A DNA stretch of 64,000 nt from Blastocladiella emersonii ATCC 22665 (Eukaryota; Fungi; Blastocladiomycota): NCBI GenBank assembly GCA_025594325.1, contig JANHCV010000001.1:2108001-2172000 (forward strand), written 5' to 3'. Below the pieces are notes generated by a model. The model searched no databases. It saw only the letters and a program-made list of their open reading frames with translations, and was not told where the DNA came from. Below are positions 10,008-18,459 of this stretch, in pieces; positions within the stretch are counted from its first letter, which is position 1; each line of letters starts with the position of its first letter. The position numbers were made by a program, and so were the translations under genes.

Positions 10008-10089
10008 GTGTCGCTCGACTCGTGTACCTCTCCTCCTCATCGCTCTCCTGTGTGTCGCACTGCTCGTGTACCTCTCCTCCTCGCTCTCC
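10008..10089 (+). repeat. Imperfect ~44-bp tandem duplication directly after the Fanzor stop codon
   Basis: CTCGTGTACCTCTCCTCCTC occurs at 10019-10038 and 10063-10082, each preceded by GTGTCGC and followed by GCTCTCC. Confidence 0.8.
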
Positions 10090-10144
10090 CACTCATAACC
10101 TCCCCTCCCCTCCTCTCGCTACTCTCTCACACCCAAACCCACAA

Positions 10145-10260
10145 GGGTGACAAGTGTGCGGCAGGTGTCTCCGCGCGGGAACCTGGCTTTGCGTGTTCCC
10201 TGATCGGTTCTCTATTAGCAACCGCATGGGTGACATTCAAGACGAACTCTACCCTCAATA
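10145..10260 (+). ncRNA. Candidate Fanzor omegaRNA (scaffold plus guide)
   Basis: Lies 140-250 nt 3' of the Fanzor stop, where omegaRNAs are normally found. Stems: GGGAAC(10177-82)/GTTCCC(10195-200), CGGTT(10205-09)/AACCG(10220-24), alternative CAGGT/ACCTG and GTGCGG/CCGCAT. GGGTGACA occurs twice. Boundaries are inferred. Confidence 0.4.
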
Positions 10261-10287
10261 CATCCTCCATCACCTCCCTCATCAAAC

Positions 10288-10350
10288 TTCGCCTTGAAGC
10301 CTTGAAAGCGAATAGGCTTGCCTGCGCAGGTTCGAACCCTGCCGCCATCG
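10288..10350 (+). pseudogene. 5'-truncated tRNA-Ser(UGA) (anticodon arm to 3' end), followed by TTTT
   Basis: TTCGC-CTTGAA-GC-CTTGAAA-GCGAA, then 38 nt identical to the intact tRNA including B-box GGTTCGAACCC (10329-10339). The acceptor 5' strand, D arm and A-box are absent. An 8-bp tandem duplication GCCTTGAA is present. Confidence 0.85.
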
Positions 10351-10503
10351 TTTTGTGCCCTCCAGGCTTCCTATATCATGTCTCAGATCATGTTTTGGCC
10401 CTCGGGGGAAGGAGATCGAGTCGAAAACGCGTCCGGGATGGTCGCTGGCGGCCAAGGTGAGTGGGGGCTGACTCCCCGGCCGTAGTGGCTTGCTTCTTTT
10501 GTT
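10291..10503 (+). repeat. Direct repeat copy 2 (tRNA-Ser 3' part plus ~150 bp downstream flank)
   Basis: Same blocks as copy 1 at 3498-3699, in the same orientation and ~6.8 kb apart. Confidence 0.9.
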
Positions 10504-10856
10504 ACGCCCATCATCGGCCTGAAACAATCTCGCTTCCTTGCTTTCTCCGCTCGGGTTTGCCTTGGGGGGTTCAGGCTGGATCCAGAGTTCGGGTGGGATT
10601 CTGCGACGGTCGCTGGCCCCGAGCGAGATTCTGCTCAAGTGGGCCAACGTGGGCCTGAGTGCGTGCGGCATCGCGAATCGCATCGTTATCTTTATCGGTC
10701 GGCTGCCGGCTTTGAGGTTTGTGGGGCTTGCTGTTGTTCCCCGCCCCGCCGAGATCGCCGAGCCCCCTCGAGTTCCATCTCCGCTCTCCCTCCCACGACG
10801 ACCGCTGTATCACCCCCTACTCTCGACTCACACGTCCACACGACCCACCACTCTTG

Positions 10857-12571
10857 ATGAACGCTGCCTCTGCCATCCCGCCACCGCCTGCAGCCGCCGG
10901 AGCGGCGGTCGCTGACGCGACCACCGCTACTCTTGTCTCCACCACGATGCCCTCTGCGATGCCGGCCCAGACTCCGATGCCCGCTGCGACGGCCGTGCCG
11001 ACCCAGCTTCCGATGCAGCAGCCCGCCGCGGCGGATGCGCCCGTCTACGCCGCCGGCGGTGCGCGGCAGGCGACCACGTCGTCCCGCCGTGTGCTGCCGC
11101 CGCCCGACCACCCCGTGTCCGGCCGCAACCCGTCGCTGCAGGGGATTCGGTGCATCAACTGCCTGACGTCGACCACGCCGCTCTGGCGCCGCACTCCGGA
11201 TCAGGAGGTGTGCTGCAACGCCTGCGGTACGGTCTCTTCTGCTCCTGTTGTGTCGAGCGGAGGAACGTCCGTTTGCTCACAACCTCGCCTCTCCCTGATT
11301 GATGAACGTTTAGGCCTCTTTTTCCGGCATCACAACCAGCACCGGCCCATCACGCAGGCCGAGCGCGAGGCCAACGTGCGCGCCGCCAATGGTGGCGATG
11401 GTGGTGCCGATTCGGTCCCCGCCGCGGTCCCTCGCAGCCCGTCCCCTTCAGCGCAGGGCAGCAGTGCTGCGGGCGCCGCGACCACCTCGCCGTCGTCGCT
11501 GCCCTCGTCGTCCTCGTCGACGCCCGCCCCGCTCGAGGCGGGTGCCGTGCCGACTGCGCCTGCCGCCGTGCCAGCCAGGTCGTCGCCCCTCGCCAACGCC
11601 TCGGTCGTCGTGCCGCCTGCGGCATCGACGCAGGTCCCGAATCCGAATTCGAATCCGATACAACACGCCGCGGCGGCGGCGGTCTCGCTCCCGCCGCTCC
11701 CGCCCGTGCCGGCGGCGCCTGCTGCTGCCCCCGTCCCGGCAGCCGCTGCTCCGGCGCCTGCCCCCGCTCCGGCTTCAGCCCCGGCGCCCGCGCCCGCGCC
11801 CAAGGCGACCGAGTACCAGGCCGTGTGCAGCAACTGCGGCACCACAACGACGCCGCTGTGGCGGCGCGACACCGAGGGCCGGTGCATCTGCAACGCGTGT
11901 GGCCTGTACTTCAAGCTGCACGGCGTGCACCGCCCGATGCAGCTGAAAAAGTCGGTCATTAAACGACGTAAACGCTTACCGACGTCCAAGGAGCAGACGG
12001 GCGCCAACAAGCGCTCCAACACGGGCTCGGATCGCGCCAGTAGCTCTGGGAGCGGTGGCGGTGCACGACGTAACGGCGGCGGGGACGGCCGCTCGGGCCT
12101 CTCGCCGATCGCCGAGGGCGGTAACGCCGCCGACTCGGCCGCGTCGACCCCGCGCGGGCACGGCGGCGTCGAGGAGGCCCTGCTCTCGCTCGCGTCCGAG
12201 CCACGGCCCGGCCGCACCCCGCCCATGTCGGCCCTGACCGAGGGGTCCGCGTACGGCGGCGGCGCTCCCCAGCAGCAGCACCCGCAGCAGCACTTCCACC
12301 AGCACACGGTCCAGGGCAACTACCACGCCCAGCCGCCGCAGCAGCCTCAGCAGCATCACCACCACCACCACCACGTCCAGGCGTACCAGCACCCGCACGG
12401 CCCACCGGCCCCGCCGCAGCACGCGCAGCAGCACCCGCAGTCCAACGGCGGCGCGTACCACCACCCGGCGTCGGCGCCCAGCGGCCGCCCGTACGGCCAG
12501 GTCCAGTCGCCCCCGCCCGCGCAGCAGCCCACCGGCCCGTCGCCGTACGGCCAGACGCTCCCGCCGCCTCC

Positions 12572-12606
<35 letters not shown>

Positions 12607-13490
12607 CGCAGCAGCTCCAGTATGGCCAGCCGGTGCACCACCAGCAGCAGCAGCAGAGCCATCACGGCCACCACGGCCAGCACATGCACCAGCAGCAACA
12701 GCAGCCGTCTCACCACGCGCACCACCACCACGCCCAGCCGCAGCAACACGCGCAGCAGCACCACGGCGGGCACCACTACCCGCAGCAGCAGCAGCAGGCG
12801 CCGCCCGTGTCGCACCTACACCCGTACCCGCCGGCGCCCGCGAACGCGCCGACGGCCGCGCCGCTGGTCCCGTTCCCGCCCATGACAGTGAACCCGCTCG
12901 GCGGCCGCGGCGGTCGTCCGACGCCCGTGATCCGCACCCTGCCGCCGCCGCCGGGGACCTACCCGTCGACGTTCACGGGCCGCGGCGGCGCGGCCACGCT
13001 GCCGAACGAGCTGCACCGCGGGCTCCTCGTCGCGCACGTCGAGTCGCTCGAGCGCATGCTGCACGAAGCGCGCGAGTCGCTCGCGCGGTGGGACGCGGCG
13101 AACCCGGCCGCCGCGGCGGCGGCAGCAGCGGCGGCAAGCTCGCAGCCGCAGCAGGGCGTCGCCATGCTCCCTGCAGCGGGCCCGTCGACGCTCCCGCCGA
13201 TCCTGCTCCCGCACCCGAACGGCGGTGGGAGCGGGGGTAGTAGTTCTGGGGGATCGGCGCTCGGGCTGCGGCCGCCGTCGGACCCGGTCCCGCGCGCGTC
13301 GCCGCCGACTGCCGCGGTCGAGGGCCAGCAGCAGCAGCAGCAGCAACAGGCTGCGCGGCCGCGGCACCACAGCGGGGCCAAGACGCCGGCCGAGCTCGTG
13401 GGCAACAACGGCGGCTTCTCGAGGCCGGACTCGCCGTCGTCGTCGCAGCAGGGCCAGCAGCAGCAGCTCCCGCGGCACTCGATGATGTGA
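10857..13490 (+). CDS. GATA-type transcription factor with two C4 zinc fingers and a Q/H/P-rich C-terminus; intron 11227-11313
   Basis: [26 protein letters not shown]|LFF and [50 protein letters not shown]. An 87-nt in-frame GT-AG intron splits finger 1. Confidence 0.9.
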
Positions 13491-13590
13491 GCTGAGCGAA
13501 GATGATTTTTGAATAGTAGCAATATTTAGCCAGTAGCGATAAAACCGAGATAAAATGTACTGATCCATCAATGCATCCACGACCAACAAC

Positions 13591-14617
13591 CTAGTTCTTG
13601 GGCGGGCGTGGCTGCGAGTGCTCGCAGGTCATGATGAGGTTGGCGTAGCCGTAGCCGTTCAGACGGGCGACGGCGCGCTGGGCCGAGTCGAAGGTGGCAA
13701 AGTTGACAAAGGCGTAGCCCTTGCACCAGCCCTCGTCGTCCTTGGCGAGGTACGAGCGGACGACGTGGCCAAAGACGCGCGTGAGGTTGCCGAGGTCGTC
13801 GTCGGTCATCTCGGACGGCAGGTTGGCGATGCGGACCGGGTACGAGTCCTCCATGCGGCGTGGCGGCATCATGGTCATGCCGTCGCCGCGCGGGGCGCCG
13901 TCGCCGCCGCGGAGCGAGGGCGGCACGTAGCGGCCGCTCGACGGCGCGCCGCCGTCGGCACCGGCGCCGGCACCGCCGTCGAGCAGACCGGCGGTCGCGT
14001 CCTGCAGCGACTGGATAATGTCCTTGGACGGGCACTCCTTGGTCCAGTGCGGGCCGCCGCACGCGCGGCACTTGATGGAGCTGTCCTTGGTGGCGCGCTT
14101 GGCGGCCTCGACGGCGGTCTCGGGGGCGTCGAGGTCGTCGGGGTTGGTCACCATGCGCAGCGGGAACTCGGTGTCGACACGCGTCACCTCCTCGTCGTTG
14201 CTCATGTGCTTGACGGAGCCGAACTTGGGCCACGCCTAGACGAGCGGAAAATCAGGGGCGCGATCAGTTATGGCGGGTGCCAAGGCGATTTGAGCGCGAG
14301 CACGAAGGCAAGTCAAGACGCACCTTGCGGGCCTCGATGGCGCGCTTGGACGCCTCGAGATCGCGGCCGATGCGCAGGGTGCGCTTCACCTGGACCTTGC
14401 GGCCGGCGGCGTCATGCTTGTAGTAGATGTGCGTGACGATGCCGTTCTTGCCGGCGTGGATCGACGGGAGGGGGAGGTCTATCGGTGGGAGGGATCGCCG
14501 GTTTGTGGGTGTGCGTGGTGAGCACGGTGTGTTCTCCTTCATCGGGGGCTCCATCCATCCGCCGCGGTCGTCGCGGCAAGCCAAGGGGGGGGGACCGACC
14601 TTGCGCCGACGACATGA
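13591..14617 (-). CDS. TIF35: Translation initiation factor eIF3 subunit g; 5' exon boundary uncertain
   Basis: RK|AWPKFG across intron 14237-14323; zinc knuckle CRACGGPHWTKEC; C-terminal RRM (KGYAFVNF, LNGYGYANLIM). Confidence 0.9.
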
Positions 14618-14990
14618 TTGCGTTACGTTGCGTTGCGTTACGTGTTGCAGCGGGTGTGACGTGGTGGGCTGATACGTCGTGCTCGACTCGGCGTCGCTGC
14701 GCGCGGCACGGCGGCGGCGGGCAGCGCGGCGAGGGGAGGGGAGAGAGACGGTTTGGGCGGTCACGCCGCGTCACCTGCCTGGGTGCCGGTCAGGTGCGCG
14801 TAGCCTCCGCAGACGCGTCGCCCCCGTTGCCTCGGTGAGTCGCTCCGTTTCTGCTGACGCAGCCTTCCGCCCGCCACGTCAAGACAGACAAGGAAGGCAA
14901 ACTAGGCTACAAAAACGCGCCCGCACCCTCGGCATCCCGTCGCTGCTCCCGCTCCCACCCCTTGCAACGCATCAACAACAAACCGTAACC

Positions 14991-16286
14991 ATGCGCATCA
15001 CGCTCGCCACCGACGCCGGCGACCTGCACACGGTCGAGGTCGGCCCGTCCATGACCGTGGCCGATCTCGCTGCGCTCGCCGCGTCCTCGTTCCGCACCAT
15101 GCAGGCCGCCGGCACCGCGCGCCTGTTCCTCAACGGCCAGGAGCTCACGGTCCCGACCGCGTCGCTGTCGCAGGCCGGAATCATTGCCGACGAGGTGCTG
15201 GTCGTGCGCCCCGCCGCGGGAGCTGCCATTGCGCGCCCGGCTGCTGGCGGTCGCCCCATGGCGCCGGGCGGGATCCCGACCAACCTGACGCCGGCGCAGA
15301 TGCAGGCGGCCATGGGCCAGTTCCTGGCGCAGATGCAGCAGCAGATGATGGCGGGCAACCCGGACCTGCAGGCGCAGCTCGAGCGGCAGCGCGCCGAGCA
15401 GGACAAGCAACGCAAGATCGACGAGAACCTCGCCCTGGCCATGGAGCACACGCCCGAGGCGTTCGGCCAGGTCATCATGCTGTACATTGACGGCAAGGTC
15501 AACGGCCACCCGCTCAAGCTGTTTGTCGACTCGGGCGCGCAGTCCACCATCATGTCCAAGCCCATGGCCGAGGCGTGCGGGCTCGCCGACCTCATCGACA
15601 CGCGCTTCGCCGGCACCGCGGTGGGTGTCGGGTCAGCCAAGATCCTCGGCCGCGTGCACGCCGCCGAGCTCGTGGTCGGGTCGCCCGACAAGCCCCTGTA
15701 CCTCATGTGCTCGTTCACGGTGCTCGACGGCGACAAGCACTCGGTCGACCTGCTGTTCGGCCTCGACATGCTCAAGCGCCACCAGGCGTGCCTCGACTTC
15801 CGCGCCAACTGCATGCGCATTCAGGGCATCGACATCCCCTTCCTCTCCGAGCACGAGCTGCCCAAGAAGGGAAAGGAATTTGGCGGCGACTTTGCCGAGG
15901 ACAAGGCCGCGGCCGAGGCCGCTGCGGCTTCGGCGGCGGCGTCCCCCGCTGCCGCCGCGGCGAGCGCCGCCGTTGCCGCTGCTGCTTCGCCCGCCGCTGC
16001 CTCGTCTGCTGCTGCCGGTGCCGCGGCCGCTGCTCGTGCCGCCGCGTCCAGTCCCAGAAGCCCACCCGTTGGTGCCGCCGCTCCCGCCCACCCCGCAAGC
16101 CCATCACCTGCCCGCATCGCTGTACCACCAGCAGCCGGTGCTGCTGCGCCGGGTACGCCGACGGCCGTCAACCAGGCGGCGCTCGACCAGCTCGTCGGCA
16201 TGGGCGCGTCGCGCACCGAGGCCATCCACGCGCTCCAGCTCGCCAACGGCGACGTGAACATGGCCGCCTCGTTCCTCTTCTCCTGA
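14991..16286 (+). CDS. DDI1: DNA damage-inducible protein Ddi1 (UBL, retroviral-like aspartic protease, UBA)
   Basis: N-terminal UBL; PEAFGQVIMLYIDGKVNGHPLKLFVDSGAQSTIMS; LLFGLDMLKRHQACLD; C-terminal UBA (ALQLANGDVNMAASFLF). Confidence 0.95.
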   Translation: MRITLATDAGDLHTVEVGPSMTVADLAALAASSFRTMQAAGTARLFLNGQELTVPTASLSQAGIIADEVLVVRPAAGAAIARPAAGGRPMAPGGIPTNLTPAQMQAAMGQFLAQMQQQMMAGNPDLQAQLERQRAEQDKQRKIDENLALAMEHTPEAFGQVIMLYIDGKVNGHPLKLFVDSGAQSTIMSKPMAEACGLADLIDTRFAGTAVGVGSAKILGRVHAAELVVGSPDKPLYLMCSFTVLDGDKHSVDLLFGLDMLKRHQACLDFRANCMRIQGIDIPFLSEHELPKKGKEFGGDFAEDKAAAEAAAASAAASPAAAAASAAVAAAASPAAASSAAAGAAAAARAAASSPRSPPVGAAAPAHPASPSPARIAVPPAAGAAAPGTPTAVNQAALDQLVGMGASRTEAIHALQLANGDVNMAASFLFS

Positions 16287-16954
16287 TCACGCTCTCGCAG
16301 GTGCTCCCGAATATACACGGCGTTACTGGATTAGGTCAATGAGGGCGCCACTCAGGGACGACTCAGCTGCGCTCGACGCGACCGACGACGCGACGCGACA
16401 TGGGACTGCGTCCAGAACGCTGTGCACACGTTTTCTGAGGCCGGATTTAGCGGTGGCGGTGATTGGCCGGGTCGCGGCGCGACGGCGGCGGTGGCGTCGC
16501 GGCGCCGGCCGAGAGTCGGCTTGTTCATCGGCCCCTGCTTGAACGCTGACTTTTCTCCTCCTCCTCCAAGCCTTCGCTGTCCTCTCCCTCTCCCGCTTCA
16601 CATCGTGCACCGACTCGAGGACCCGTTTGGACCGCCTGGCTGCTGCCCAACCGACCCTCGCTCGCTGCCGCGCGCTCCCGACTTCCTCCTCCTTGCACAC
16701 GACTCGCTGCAGCAGCATCGCTCGCCTCCTCCCTCCTACACCACTTGATAGACGACTGCGAGCCGATTCTGTGCTGCGAGTGCCCAGCCCAGCCCACGAC
16801 CGCCGACGACCGCACGCACGCACCCATCTCACTGCGCCACCTCATCGGCCGCTGCGCTCGCTCTCCTCTCCCCTTCCTCTGTCCGTGACGTCGTCGCCGG
16901 CAAGCAACCCGTTGCCCCTCTCCCTCCCTCCGCAACCCAGCCTACCGTCCAAGC

Positions 16955-18367
16955 ATGCCGTCCAACAAGCGCGGGTGCTTCAGCAAAGAGGTCCTGGTCA
17001 CGACGCTGGCGTCGGCCGAGGGCAGCGCGCCGGGCATGGACGCGGCCGGGTGCGAGGCCGTGTGCCTCAACCAGCAGAAGACGCTGGCGCCCGGGTCGAC
17101 GTCGGCCCTCTTCAACTACTTCTCGATTCGCCCGCTCGCCGGCGAGTGCAAGTGCGCCCCCGCCATGGACGCCGGCGTCAAGGAGCTGCCCGAGCTGCAG
17201 TGCACCTCGTCCTCGGGCACGGGTGTCTTCCTGTACGAGCTGCTCCAGGCGGGCTCCTCGTCCTCGTCATCGACTTCATCTGCGTCGCGGTCCGCGACCG
17301 CCACCTCGGGCCTCCCCGCCTCCGCCACCGGGAACGCCGGCCGGTCCGGGTCCACGGTCCCGAGCGGCGGCGCCTCGTCGACATCCCTGCCGTCCACTGG
17401 CGGGTCTCAGACGGCCGACTCGGCATCCTCCGCGGGCGGCACTGTCGGCGAGTCGTCGGCTGGCGCGCCCGTGGCGCTGATTGCGTCGCTCGCTGTGGCC
17501 GCGCTCGTCTTCGTCATCATGGGCACCATGTACATTCGCCAGCGCCGGCGGAACGCGCGCAGCATGGCGGCGACCGCGGCCATGTCTTCGACGTCGCCCG
17601 GTGCCGGCGGCCTCGTCGTCCCGCGCGGGTCCGTGACCAAGGGAGGCCCGCCCGGCCCACCCTCGGGCGTCCTCGCGCCGACCGCCCCGCCCGTCGCCGC
17701 GTACACGAGCGACCGCCGCCCGTCCGCCGCGCAGCCCATCATGCAGCACCAGCAGCAGACGGTCATCGTGCCGTTCGCCGCGCCCACGACCGTGACCGCG
17801 TCGGGCAAGGACCTGGCGTCGCTCCCCGTCGTCCCCGAGGCCGAGGTGCTCGCCAACGGGGTGGTCGCCGACCCGGCGCGCCAGTACCGCGTGCAGCAGG
17901 GGTACCAGCCGACGCTCGACGACGAGCTGGCGCTGGTCGTCGGCGAGCTCGTGGTCGTCCTCGAAATGTACGACGACGGGTGGTGTCTCGGCCGCGTCAC
18001 GGCCGCGCACCGCCAGGGCGCACCCGAGGGCGTGTTCCCGCACGAGGCCCTGCTGCCGTCGCTCGACGACCCCGTCGTCGCCGCCGCCGCGGTCCCGCTC
18101 GACGGACACCAGGCACGGCCCGTGCGTCTCCCGCAGGCCGCCGCACCGAGTAGCGCGAGCCCGCCGGGAGGGTACGGGCCCATGGGCGCCGCGCTGCTCC
18201 AGCAGTCCCACCAGGCGCCGCCAACATGGACCGACCCGCAGCAGCAGCAGCACGGTCTTCATCCTTCGGCCGCGGCGGCCGCGGGCGGGCCCGGGTTCGT
18301 CGCGCTGACGGGCTACCAGGAGCGCCGCAGCAGCAGACTATTCGGCAGCCTGCCGCGGACGCACTAG
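16955..18367 (+). CDS. Single-pass membrane protein: Cys-rich WSC-like ectodomain, Ser/Thr-rich stalk, TM, cytosolic SH3; 5' end may be incomplete
   Basis: GCEAVC…ECKCAP; TM ALIASLAVAALVFVIMGTMYI followed by RQRRR; SH3 YQPTLDDELALVVGELVVVLEMYDDGWCLG…EGVFP. Confidence 0.75.
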   Translation: MPSNKRGCFSKEVLVTTLASAEGSAPGMDAAGCEAVCLNQQKTLAPGSTSALFNYFSIRPLAGECKCAPAMDAGVKELPELQCTSSSGTGVFLYELLQAGSSSSSSTSSASRSATATSGLPASATGNAGRSGSTVPSGGASSTSLPSTGGSQTADSASSAGGTVGESSAGAPVALIASLAVAALVFVIMGTMYIRQRRRNARSMAATAAMSSTSPGAGGLVVPRGSVTKGGPPGPPSGVLAPTAPPVAAYTSDRRPSAAQPIMQHQQQTVIVPFAAPTTVTASGKDLASLPVVPEAEVLANGVVADPARQYRVQQGYQPTLDDELALVVGELVVVLEMYDDGWCLGRVTAAHRQGAPEGVFPHEALLPSLDDPVVAAAAVPLDGHQARPVRLPQAAAPSSASPPGGYGPMGAALLQQSHQAPPTWTDPQQQQHGLHPSAAAAAGGPGFVALTGYQERRSSRLFGSLPRTH

Positions 18368-18459
18368 TAGCGCGCTCGTGTAATCAACCAATCAATCGAC
18401 TTGATTTTGTTCCCTTCTCATACAATACACCACCGACCGATTCTGCTAGCCCTTGCCCA

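Noticed and set aside
10008-10089. CRISPR-like or multi-guide array downstream of Fanzor
   Set aside because: Only two degenerate units are present, with no regular repeat-spacer pattern.
6745-10290. Terminal inverted repeats or a transposase for the Fanzor element
   Set aside because: No convincing TIR pair was found by eye and no DDE, HUH or tyrosine-recombinase motif was recognised. The 10-bp complementarity between 10267-10276 and 3463-3472 is too short to trust.
12270-12800. CAG/CAC-rich repeats
   Set aside because: They encode ordinary poly-Q/H low-complexity regions of the GATA factor.
15480-15830. Retroviral-type aspartic protease (DSGA) as a retroelement remnant near the gag-like gene
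   Set aside because: It is the normal RVP domain of the housekeeping gene DDI1, flanked by UBL and UBA domains.
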